Shown here one piece after another: positions 35,999 through 44,589 of a stretch of DNA of 64,000 nt. The position numbers were made by a program, and so were the translations under genes. The notes under the pieces were generated by a model. The model saw nothing but the letters and a program-made list of their open reading frames with translations, did no database searches and was not told the DNA's origin. Location of the stretch: contig CP070784.1 of assembly GCA_020346605.1 (NCBI GenBank), forward strand, positions 2,008,105 through 2,072,104. The letters are read 5' to 3'. Source of the DNA: Candidatus Bathyarchaeota archaeon (GTDB lineage Archaea; Thermoproteota; Bathyarchaeia; TCS64). Numbering within the stretch: position 1 is the stretch's first letter; every line of letters starts with the position of its first letter.

Positions 35999-36940
35999 AT
36001 GGCTCAAACGACCATGAAAGCCGATGTCACACCCGAAGAGGAGCAGACCTCGACCTTCTCCATCGTGGCCTACGACCAGGAGAACGGCGACCTAGGGGTC
36101 GCCGTCCAGTCCAAGTACTTCTCCGTGGGCCCCGTAGTCCCCTGGGCCGAGGCGGGCATCGGTGCGGTGGCCACACAGGCTTACGTGAACGTCTCCTACG
36201 GCCCCAGGGGGCTGGAGCTCCTCAAGGACGGCCTCAGCGTCGAGGAGGTCGTCGAGGCCCTCACCAAGGACGACGAGGGAAGGGATAGGAGGCAGCTCGG
36301 CATCGTCGACTCGCGGGGCAACGCGGCGACTTACACGGGGCCGGTGTGCACCCCATTCGCGGGGGGGAGGCTCGGGGAGAACTACGCGGTCCAGGGCAAC
36401 ATTCTGGAGGGCGAGGGCGTGATCGACGCCATGGCGGAGGCCTTCGAGGCTGCACACGGCGAACTCGCTGAGCGCCTCGTGGTCGCCCTGGAGGCCGGGG
36501 AGGAGGCGGGTGGCGACGCTAGGGGGAGGCAGTCGGCTGCGCTGCTGGTCGTCAGACACGGTGCAGGCAGGTCCGGATACGGTGATAGATACGTCGAGCT
36601 TAGGGTCGACGACCACGAAACCCCCATAATGGAGCTCAGGCGCCTCCTCAACCTACAGTTCTCAAACGGGTTCGCCTACAGGAGCCACGGGCTCTTGGAC
36701 GAAGGGAAGAACGAGGAGGCTCTGGAGATCGCCATCAAGTCAGCGATCCTGAGCCCCGAGAGCGACATCGCCCACCTCGCCCTTTGCAGGGCATACTACA
36801 TGAACGGCGCCACGGCGAAGGCGGTCGAGGAGTACCAGCTGGCAAAGGCGATCAACGAGAAGGTGGACTTCTCCGTCAACCGCAGCGAGAGGTGGAAGTT
36901 CATCCTAGAGAACGAGGAATTCTCCCAGACCACGAAGTAA
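35999..36940 (+). CDS. DUF1028 (Ntn-hydrolase-like) protein with C-terminal TPR-like tail
   Basis: 313 aa from ATG 35999. TFSIVAYDQENGDLGVAVQSKYFSVGPVVPWAEAGIGAVATQ is the DUF1028 N-terminus. An ATTTTAATAG box lies about 30 nt upstream. The ORF track start 35813 overlaps the neighbouring gene. Confidence 0.75.
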   Translation: MAQTTMKADVTPEEEQTSTFSIVAYDQENGDLGVAVQSKYFSVGPVVPWAEAGIGAVATQAYVNVSYGPRGLELLKDGLSVEEVVEALTKDDEGRDRRQLGIVDSRGNAATYTGPVCTPFAGGRLGENYAVQGNILEGEGVIDAMAEAFEAAHGELAERLVVALEAGEEAGGDARGRQSAALLVVRHGAGRSGYGDRYVELRVDDHETPIMELRRLLNLQFSNGFAYRSHGLLDEGKNEEALEIAIKSAILSPESDIAHLALCRAYYMNGATAKAVEEYQLAKAINEKVDFSVNRSERWKFILENEEFSQTTK

Positions 36941-37023
36941 GCGCGTCGCGCCCATCGCCGACTGGGACTATAGCTGGGGCCTAAAGATAAATAGGTGGAG
37001 ATAACCATTCATGCGATTTATCC

Positions 37024-38820
37024 ATGTCAGAGTTCGAAGTTCTGATTGAGAACGCCCGGGTCGTCGATGGTTCAGGTAAGACCCCCTACGTGGGCTCCAT
37101 CGGCGTGAGGGGCGGAAAGGTCGCGGCGCTGGGAGAAGTCAAGGGCGACGCCGTCAAGGTCGTGGACGCCACAGGGCTGTACGCAACGCCGGGCTTCATC
37201 GACGCCCACAGCCATGGGGACGGTACCATACTGTTCTACCCCAAGTGCGACAACTACGTGAGGCAGGGTGTGACCACCTTCGTCGGCGGCCAGTGCGGTG
37301 GCTCCCCGGCTCCCGTCGGCGAGATGAGTGGCCTCCCCGGCCTGACCAGAGACTACATACAGGAGCTGGAGCCTCACAAGTACTACCCTGAGAAGACCGT
37401 CTTCCCCATCGAGGAGGTGAACGCCCTGATGAAGGAGAAGTTCGGCTGGAACATCACCTGGAAGACCATGGCCGACTGGTTTGAGGTCGTCGAGTCCAAG
37501 GGCGTCTCCATGAACTGCGCGCCCTTGGTGGGCCACGGCACCGTCCGGCTTAAGGTCCTGGAGAACGACTACAAGCGCCACAGCACCAAGGAGGAGCAGG
37601 AGCAGATGGAGGCCCTCATCAGGGAGGCGATGGACCAGGGCTGCATCGGCATGAGCAGCGGCCTTGACTACGACCCCAGCGTATGGGCCCACATGGACGA
37701 GATCAACGGCCACGTCGCCATTCTCAAGGACTACAAGGACTCTGTCTATGCCCCCCACTGGAGGAGAACGGGCCGAAGGAGGGAGGTCAAGTTCGGGGAC
37801 ACCCGGAGCAACAAGGTCGACGGCCTCATGGAGTCCATCAACACCTGCCGGGTCACAGGAGTCCCCACGCACCTCGCCCACCTGACGCCTGGCTGGAGGC
37901 TGGTGCCCGAGGGGAATGACATGATGGAGGAGATGAACCTCAGGACTACGCTGAAGTTCATCGACGACGCCAGGGAGGAGGGGATGGAGCTCACATACGA
38001 CTCGATGCCCTGGTTCATCCTCGGCGGCTTCAGTGTGATGCCCTACCTGAGTAGCCTCCTCACCCCCTGGCTCAGGGAGCAGGGGAGCAGGGAGAGGTTT
38101 AGCGAGTGGCTCAAGGTCCCAGACTATAGGAAGGAGGTGCAGGACGCTATCTCGGGTGGTAGGTGGTTCATCAGGCTCGCATACAACCCCAACACCAACC
38201 CCCAGTGGGCGGAGAATATCTGGGTGGTGAAGCACAAGTCGCCCGGATGCGACGACAAGACCGTAGCTATGATCGCCAAGGAGAGGGAGAAGAGTTGGAT
38301 GGAGACCTTCTTCGACCTGATCTGCGAGGACCCGGACGGCAGGGGCGTCGCCGTGGGCGTTGCGGAGAGCGGCAACTTCCCGTGGAAGCCCTACAGGGCG
38401 CTGTTCTTCCAGCACCCGGTCTTCGCACTGAGCCTGGACCAGTCAGTTGTGGACCATACTAGGCAGCAGGAGACCCCGCCGTACTCAATGCCAGGCATCA
38501 ACCCCTTCAGCGCCTTCGTGGGCTTCCTGATAAAGTTCGTGAGGGAGATGAAGCTCTTCACGATAGAGGAAGCCGTCAGGAAGATTTCTACCAACGCCGC
38601 CGAGCAACACTACTTGAAGGGGAAGGGAAAGATCCTGCCGGGTTACGACGCAGACATCACCGTCTTCGACCTGGACGGGCTCAAGGTCCTCGGCGACCCC
38701 ATCGAGCCTAGGAGGTACCCTAAAGGGATCGAGCACGTCTTCGTCAACGGGACTGCCGTAGTCGAGAAGGGGCAACACACCGGCACCACTCCTGGGAAGA
38801 TCGTGAAGAGGAGTACCTGA
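37024..38820 (+). CDS. N-acyl-D-amino-acid deacylase (D-aminoacylase) family amidohydrolase
   Basis: 598 aa with IENARVVDGSGKTPYVGSIGVRGGKVAALGE...ATPGFIDAHSHGD, the characteristic N-terminus. Confidence 0.8.
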   Translation: MSEFEVLIENARVVDGSGKTPYVGSIGVRGGKVAALGEVKGDAVKVVDATGLYATPGFIDAHSHGDGTILFYPKCDNYVRQGVTTFVGGQCGGSPAPVGEMSGLPGLTRDYIQELEPHKYYPEKTVFPIEEVNALMKEKFGWNITWKTMADWFEVVESKGVSMNCAPLVGHGTVRLKVLENDYKRHSTKEEQEQMEALIREAMDQGCIGMSSGLDYDPSVWAHMDEINGHVAILKDYKDSVYAPHWRRTGRRREVKFGDTRSNKVDGLMESINTCRVTGVPTHLAHLTPGWRLVPEGNDMMEEMNLRTTLKFIDDAREEGMELTYDSMPWFILGGFSVMPYLSSLLTPWLREQGSRERFSEWLKVPDYRKEVQDAISGGRWFIRLAYNPNTNPQWAENIWVVKHKSPGCDDKTVAMIAKEREKSWMETFFDLICEDPDGRGVAVGVAESGNFPWKPYRALFFQHPVFALSLDQSVVDHTRQQETPPYSMPGINPFSAFVGFLIKFVREMKLFTIEEAVRKISTNAAEQHYLKGKGKILPGYDADITVFDLDGLKVLGDPIEPRRYPKGIEHVFVNGTAVVEKGQHTGTTPGKIVKRST

Positions 38821-38825
38821 GCACC

Positions 38826-38848
38826 TTTTTTCATTTACATCATTTTTT
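38826..38848 (+). terminator. double oligo-T tract
   Basis: TTTTTTCATTTACATCATTTTTT begins 6 nt after the stop of 37024..38820. Confidence 0.5.
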
Positions 38849-38889
38849 AATCCTTTCCGCGTAGACATCTTGGACTAGGAGATATTGGG

Positions 38890-39759
38890 ATGCCCGGCGA
38901 ATACGGCTGCCAGAACATGGTCGGCAGGATGAGGAGGGCCCTCGTCAAGAGGCCGGATGAGGGCTTCGCTGTCGACGACTGGGAGAGATGGCACTACGCA
39001 GGGCCTATCGATTTGGAGGAGGCCCAGAAAGAACACGACGCGTTCTCCCAGATGCTGAGGGACGAAGGGATCGAAGTCTTGTATCACCCCGAGCCTCAGC
39101 CGGATCACTCTGACTCTATCTTCACGTACGACCCAGCAATAGTCACCGATGAGGGAGCGATAATCCTCCGGATGGGGAAGCCCCTCAGGAGGGGAGAGGA
39201 GGGGCCCATGGCTCGGAGGCTCACCGAACTCGGCGTCCCAATACACTACCGGATACATGGTGACGCAACGGTGGAGGGCGGGGACACTCTCTGGCTCGAT
39301 GAGAACACGCTGGCCCTGGGGCAGGGTTTCAGGACCAACGCGGAGGGACTGACGCAGATGACGGAGGCGCTGGAGCCACTGAACGTCGAGGTAATCCCCG
39401 TGGAGCTCCCGTACTTCTTCGGCCCCGAGGCCTGCCTCCACCTCATGTCCCTGATCAGCTTCGCTGACGCCGATCTGGCGGTGATCTTCTCGTCGCTGAT
39501 TCCTGTGCCCTTCTGGAAACTCCTCAATGAGAGGGGAGTTGACATCATCGAGGTCCCCGAGGAGGAGTTTGACGTGATGGGGACTAACGTCCTCGCCCTC
39601 GAGCCCAATAGATGCCTGATGCTCGAGAACACCCCCATAACCAGGGGCAGGCTCGAGGAAGCGGGATGCACAGTGCTGACCTACAGGGGGGTGGAGATCT
39701 CGCTCAAGACGGAGGGCGGGCCTACCTGCCTCACCAGACCGATACTGAGGGACAGATAG
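38890..39759 (+). CDS. amidinotransferase-fold enzyme (DDAH/arginine deiminase-like)
   Basis: 289 aa with TVEGGDTLWLDENTLALGQGFRTN and C-terminal nucleophile context GGPTCLTRPILRD. Confidence 0.75.
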   Translation: MPGEYGCQNMVGRMRRALVKRPDEGFAVDDWERWHYAGPIDLEEAQKEHDAFSQMLRDEGIEVLYHPEPQPDHSDSIFTYDPAIVTDEGAIILRMGKPLRRGEEGPMARRLTELGVPIHYRIHGDATVEGGDTLWLDENTLALGQGFRTNAEGLTQMTEALEPLNVEVIPVELPYFFGPEACLHLMSLISFADADLAVIFSSLIPVPFWKLLNERGVDIIEVPEEEFDVMGTNVLALEPNRCLMLENTPITRGRLEEAGCTVLTYRGVEISLKTEGGPTCLTRPILRDR

Positions 39760-39850
39760 GTAAAGCGGTCCCTCCTAACAGTAGGGGCTACCAGCCAGAC
39801 ACGTGGATCGCAAGTGTAAATTATGTAGGGGGTTAATTTTACGCGATGTT

Positions 39851-40900
39851 ATGAGCGTCTCATTTTTAGGAGGCGGCATCTCCGGGCTCCCGAGGCTCAG
39901 GGACAGCCGCAGGAGGAGGATCTCCAGCTACGACAGGACCGGCGGCAACAGGGACTCCATCGTCGTCCCCGTGGGGGAGACAGCGATCCTCGCGGAGATG
40001 GAGGGAGCTGGCTGCGTCAAGCATATCTGGGTTACCATCCGGAGCAGCGACAAGTGGTACTTGAGGAAGCTGGTGCTCCGGGCCTACTGGGACGGTGAGG
40101 AGGAGCCCAGCGTCGAAGTTCCAATAGGCGACTTCTTCGGCATCGGCCACGGTGTCACCCACAACTACGTCTCTGCGCCGCTACAGATGAGCCCACAGGA
40201 TGGGAAGGGGTTCAACTGCTGGTGGCCGATGCCTTACGGGAGGGGCGCCCGGATCACTGTGGAGAACCAGGGGGGAAAGAACTGCGAGGCTTTCTACTAC
40301 TACGTGGACTACGAGGAGTACGAGGAGCTGGAGCAGGGGCTCGGGAGGTTCCACGCTACTTGGCACAGGGAGAACCCAACGGACGGGATACCCGACGAGG
40401 GGATGGAGAACAGGGCTTGGATGTTCACGGGGGAGAACCCCGACGGGGCGGGGAACTACCTGCTCCTGGAGGCCGAGGGGAAGGGGCACTACGTGGGGTG
40501 CAACGTCAACGTCCACAACCTCAGGGAGACCGAGGAGTTCAACTGGTACGGGGAGGGGGACGACATGATCTTCATCGACGGTGAGAAGCTACCGAACATC
40601 GTCGGCACCGGGACCGAGGACTACTACGGGATGAGCTGGTGCCCCACCCAGGAGTACTGCGGGCCCTACCACGGGCTCCCGCTGCCCGGAGGAAAAAACT
40701 GGAGCGGAAAGGTGACCTGGTATAGGTACCACATCCTGGACCCGGTGTACTTCGAGAAGTCCATCAGGGTCACAATCGAGCACGGTCACGCCAACCATAG
40801 GACCGACGACTACAGCAGCACCGCCTACTGGTACCAGACCGAGCCCCACATGAAGCTCAAGCCTCTGCCACCCGTCGATGAGAGGCTGCCGAGGGAGTGA
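39851..40900 (+). CDS. DUF2961 (GH172-like) protein
   Basis: 349 aa from ATG 39851. SSYDRTGGNRDS near the N-terminus and VKHIWVT fit DUF2961. Confidence 0.7.
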   Translation: MSVSFLGGGISGLPRLRDSRRRRISSYDRTGGNRDSIVVPVGETAILAEMEGAGCVKHIWVTIRSSDKWYLRKLVLRAYWDGEEEPSVEVPIGDFFGIGHGVTHNYVSAPLQMSPQDGKGFNCWWPMPYGRGARITVENQGGKNCEAFYYYVDYEEYEELEQGLGRFHATWHRENPTDGIPDEGMENRAWMFTGENPDGAGNYLLLEAEGKGHYVGCNVNVHNLRETEEFNWYGEGDDMIFIDGEKLPNIVGTGTEDYYGMSWCPTQEYCGPYHGLPLPGGKNWSGKVTWYRYHILDPVYFEKSIRVTIEHGHANHRTDDYSSTAYWYQTEPHMKLKPLPPVDERLPRE

Positions 40901-40901
40901 A

Positions 40902-42446
40902 GTGAGGGTCGGAGTCTTCAGCCCCAACGACCCGAGGCCCTGGGTCAGGGAGGACAACATCGGCCACATGATAGGGCAGGAGCGGCTGCTCGTCGACTTC
41001 CTTGAGAGTTCGGGCGTCGATGTTGTCAGGGGCGGAGAAGGCCTCCCCGAGATGGACCAGATTGCCTGGAACACTAGGTTGGTCAACGACCACATCAGGA
41101 GGATAGCCGCCTCGAGGCCCTCCACGCTGATCATCAACCAGGGCTCCTGGACCTTCCCTTGGGACTCCGTCGACGCCGTGAAGAGGTTCATGGCTGAGAC
41201 CGACGACGTCGCCAGGGTGCTGATGTACAGCCACAAGGACCCCAGCGTCCCCGGGCTCGTCGCCGGGATGGCAGCAGGAGGGGGACTGACCAGGATCGGG
41301 ATACCCTTCTCCCATGTCTTCGGGGACATCGAGGGCGACCCGGAGGTGGGGAAGGCGATCCTCTCAGTGCTGAGGTTCAACGAGAGGAGGGCGGAGGGCG
41401 CCGCGAAGGCGAGGGAGGTCATCCGTGAGCTGAAGGTCCAGAAGTACCTGGCCCTCGGCGGGATGAGCCTTAAGATGCCCACGACCACCGCCGACGTGGA
41501 CCAGTGGCAGAAGCTGTTCGGGGTGAGTTACGAGGCCCTGGACCAGTCGGAGCTGCTGGCTAAGGCCGGGGCGATGGTGGAGTGGGAAGGGAAGCCAGGG
41601 GAGAGCGATTACAGGATCCTTGACCAGAGGCTCGCGAAGGCCGCCTCAAACCTCAGGGATCATGGCAGCTTCGACTTCAGCAGAGAGAAGCTCAGGGGCT
41701 TCGACAAGATCGTTCAGCAGCTGAGCCTCTACTACGCGGGGCTGGACATCGTGGAGGAGTACGGCGTAACCTTTTGCGGGGTCAAGTGCCAGGACGAGCT
41801 CAGCAGCAGGTACTGCACCGTCTGCCTCCTATCCGCGTTCCTGAACAACGACGTGGGCCCCGACGGGGAAGGGAAGCCCATCGTGCCGGTAGCCTGCGAG
41901 AACGACATGGATTCGGCGCTCACACAGCTGATGATGCACCTGGTGACCGGTGAGCCGTCCGGCTTCGGGGACTTCAGGGACGTGGAGGACGGCGTGCTCT
42001 ACATAGTGAACTGCGGGCAGCACCCGCCTCACTTCTTCGGGGGTCCGGAGATGGAATCCTCGGAGAAGCTGGACCTGGTCGAGTACATGGGGCAGGAGGT
42101 GTTCTACGACGCCGGCGGCAGCTCCGTGAGGGGTCGGACGCCGGGTGGGCACCTGATGACCGTCGCCAGGCTGGGCCGCGAGAACCTGAGGTACAGATTG
42201 GTTGCGGCCGTCATAGAGACGCTGGACGTGGACCCGTCGGAGCACGAGAGGTACAACCCGTCCTGGCCGATTATCAAGGGGAGGATAATGATGCCAGACG
42301 AGGAGCTCATCGGGGTCTGGCCCTGCAACCACCTGGGCTTCTGCTACGAGGACATCACGCCCGAGCTGGCGGAGATGTCCCACAGGTTAGACATCGGGTA
42401 CACCATCTACGATGGTGAGGGCAGGAAGTACCAAAAGCCCACCTAG
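40902..42446 (+). CDS. L-fucose/L-arabinose isomerase-family protein
   Basis: 514 aa from GTG 40902, 1 nt after the upstream stop. GVKCQDELS...VACENDMDSALTQLMMHL...GFGDFRDV...IVNCGQHP resembles the FucI-like catalytic domain. Confidence 0.6.
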   Translation: MRVGVFSPNDPRPWVREDNIGHMIGQERLLVDFLESSGVDVVRGGEGLPEMDQIAWNTRLVNDHIRRIAASRPSTLIINQGSWTFPWDSVDAVKRFMAETDDVARVLMYSHKDPSVPGLVAGMAAGGGLTRIGIPFSHVFGDIEGDPEVGKAILSVLRFNERRAEGAAKAREVIRELKVQKYLALGGMSLKMPTTTADVDQWQKLFGVSYEALDQSELLAKAGAMVEWEGKPGESDYRILDQRLAKAASNLRDHGSFDFSREKLRGFDKIVQQLSLYYAGLDIVEEYGVTFCGVKCQDELSSRYCTVCLLSAFLNNDVGPDGEGKPIVPVACENDMDSALTQLMMHLVTGEPSGFGDFRDVEDGVLYIVNCGQHPPHFFGGPEMESSEKLDLVEYMGQEVFYDAGGSSVRGRTPGGHLMTVARLGRENLRYRLVAAVIETLDVDPSEHERYNPSWPIIKGRIMMPDEELIGVWPCNHLGFCYEDITPELAEMSHRLDIGYTIYDGEGRKYQKPT

Positions 42447-42498
42447 CTCTACATCCACTCGCCGCTTTGAGCGGCGACTCCTATCGCAGATCTCCGGC

Positions 42499-43455
42499 CT
42501 ACCTCAGGATGTGCCCTTTACCTGCGAGGAATCTCTCGACGTCTTCGAATGTCGGTATCGCCTCAACGTCGCCGCGTACCGTGACGCAAAGGGCTCCGGC
42601 GGCGTTGGCCACCTCCAGAGACCTCTCAAGGGTAAAGCCCCTCAGCCTGCAGGAGAGGAAGGCCGCGTCGAAGGCATCACCCGCCCCGACGGTATCGATC
42701 ACTGGGACCTCGTAGGCGGGCTTCATCGCCTTCTCCCCGTCGGAGGTGGCGACGTAGGCCCCCTTGTCGCCCAGCTTAACGACAACGGTGTGGGGCCCCA
42801 AGGAGATGAGCTTCTCCGCCGCCCCCTCAGGATCGCTGTCTCCCACCATTATCTCCGCGTCCTGGGTGTCCGTGAAGACGATGTCCGTGGAGCCTATGTA
42901 TCCAGAGATCACCCTCCTGGCCTCCTCTGGGCTCCAGAGCTTGAGCCTGATGTTTGAGTCGAAGGACACCTCCACGCCGGCGTTGCGGGCGACCTCAAAA
43001 GCTCTCTCCACCGCCTTCCTGCAGGAGCCGCTCAGCGCCAGGGTGATCCCGGTGGTGTGGAAGACCTTCGCCGAGGAGACGTAATCGACATCGACGTCAT
43101 CTGGTCCCAGCCTGCTCGCCGCTGATCCCCTCCTGTAGTAGTAGATGACGCTCTTCCCTGGCAGGGGGTAGTCCCTCTGTACGAAGTAGAGGCCCGTGGG
43201 GGCCTCGCGGTCGAAGGCGACATGCGATACGTCCACGCCCTCCCCCTTGAGGAAGTTGTGGATGTAGTGCCCCAGCTCGTCGTCCCCCAGCTTGCTGATC
43301 CATCCCGCAGCATAGCCCATCCTGACGGTGCCGACGGCGACGTTGGACTCCGTCCCCGCGGCGTGCTTCTCGAAGTAGTTGACGTACCTGAGAGGTCCGG
43401 AGGTAAACGCGTTGAGCTGGATCATCGTCTCCCCCATCGTCACTATCTCAAGCAT
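42499..43455 (-). CDS. kdgK: PfkB-family sugar kinase (2-dehydro-3-deoxygluconokinase-like)
   Basis: 318 aa with N-terminal GETMIQL...AGTESNVAVG, C-terminal DTVGAGDAF, and adjacency to eda. Confidence 0.8.
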   Translation of the reverse strand: MLEIVTMGETMIQLNAFTSGPLRYVNYFEKHAAGTESNVAVGTVRMGYAAGWISKLGDDELGHYIHNFLKGEGVDVSHVAFDREAPTGLYFVQRDYPLPGKSVIYYYRRGSAASRLGPDDVDVDYVSSAKVFHTTGITLALSGSCRKAVERAFEVARNAGVEVSFDSNIRLKLWSPEEARRVISGYIGSTDIVFTDTQDAEIMVGDSDPEGAAEKLISLGPHTVVVKLGDKGAYVATSDGEKAMKPAYEVPVIDTVGAGDAFDAAFLSCRLRGFTLERSLEVANAAGALCVTVRGDVEAIPTFEDVERFLAGKGHILR

Positions 43456-43461
43456 ACAGGA

Positions 43462-44148
43462 TCACCCCGTTTGCCCTCCGGCACTCTTCGCCTCAGATAT
43501 CCATACAATGCATCGCTCTACCTTTTCCTTTATCTCCCCGTACATGCCCCCCTCCACCAAGTCCCTCCTGATCAAGTCGGAGCCGATGTTCAACGCGACT
43601 GCCCCGGCGCCGATCCAGGCGGTGATGTCGTCCCTGTTGGCCTTGACGCCGCCCGAGGGCATCAACTGGGTGTGGGGCATGGGTCCTAAGATGGATTTGA
43701 CGAACCTGGGGCCGAGTGTGCTGGCTGGAAAGAGCTTTATGATCGCCGCCCCCATCTCCTCGGCCTCCGTAATCTCGGTCGGTGTCTGGCAGCCGGGGAT
43801 GTACAGCACCCTCCGCCGGTTGCAGAGCCCGGCCACGCCGCGGTTGAACGACGGTCCCACCACGAAGGCAGCCCCGGCGTTGATATAGGACGCCGCCGTA
43901 CCGAGATCGATGATGGTCCCCGCTCCCAGGACCACGTCGGGCAGTTCCCCAGCGCACCACTCAGAGAGAGCGCTGAAGACGTCGTACGCGCGATCCCCTC
44001 TATTTGTGAACTCGACGACCCTCGCCCCACCCCCATGGCACGCCTCCACCACGCTCCGGGCCACCTCCGACACGCCGCTGTGGAAGACCGGGATCAGCCC
44101 CGTTCCGAGAATCTCGTCGATAACCCTGCGCCTCTCCAACTTGGGCAT
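43462..44148 (-). CDS. eda: KDPG/KHG aldolase
   Basis: 228 aa with LIPVFHSG...GGARVVEFTNR...PGCQTPTEI...IKLFPA...MPSGGV pattern. GGTTTAAAATAG box lies upstream. Confidence 0.8.
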   Translation of the reverse strand: MPKLERRRVIDEILGTGLIPVFHSGVSEVARSVVEACHGGGARVVEFTNRGDRAYDVFSALSEWCAGELPDVVLGAGTIIDLGTAASYINAGAAFVVGPSFNRGVAGLCNRRRVLYIPGCQTPTEITEAEEMGAAIIKLFPASTLGPRFVKSILGPMPHTQLMPSGGVKANRDDITAWIGAGAVALNIGSDLIRRDLVEGGMYGEIKEKVERCIVWISEAKSAGGQTG

Positions 44149-44354
44149 CGCGACACCGGTCTTCAGTTAGTCTGATCTATTTTAAACCTCGCGCCGGACA
44201 ATTGGAGCCCCAAGGTATCCTTATTTTGAGTCTTTTTCGACTTCGTCGGACGTGGAGAATCGGGTGATCCCATAAAGGCTTAAGGGCTCACAGTTCGACG
44301 CTGAGTTCTCGTGGAGCGGAATCTTAAAGTGCATTCGCCCGCGTTATCCATCTG

Positions 44355-44507
44355 ATGTCGAAGAAAGAGCTGGACGCGGCCTTGTGCGAGAGCTGCGGTC
44401 AGCCCCTGTTCCTGGACAAGGAGGAGTGCAAGGCTTTCATCGAGGGCAGGATGAAGGAGGGCTTCATCGTCTGCAGCTGCTGCGGGACGGAGACAAAGGC
44501 AAAGTAA
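44355..44507 (+). CDS. small zinc-ribbon protein (50 aa)
   Basis: MSKKELDAALCESCGQPLFLDKEECKAFIEGRMKEGFIVCSCCGTETKAK, with CxxC...CxCC. It is below the ORF-track cutoff and is preferred over the antisense 84-aa ORF 44280..44534. Confidence 0.4.
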   Translation: MSKKELDAALCESCGQPLFLDKEECKAFIEGRMKEGFIVCSCCGTETKAK

Positions 44508-44589
44508 CGCCAGCCTCTCCTTTTCAACACTCACATTGCCCTGTCACGCGCTATTGCTAAAATCGTTATATCGCGAGTAGACCGGTTAT

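Noticed and set aside
44280-44534. 84-aa minus-strand ORF in the eda / PGF-CTERM intergenic region.
   Set aside because: It has an Ala/Leu/Arg-rich low-information composition. The + strand 50-aa CxxC...CxCC ORF in the same place is more protein-like.
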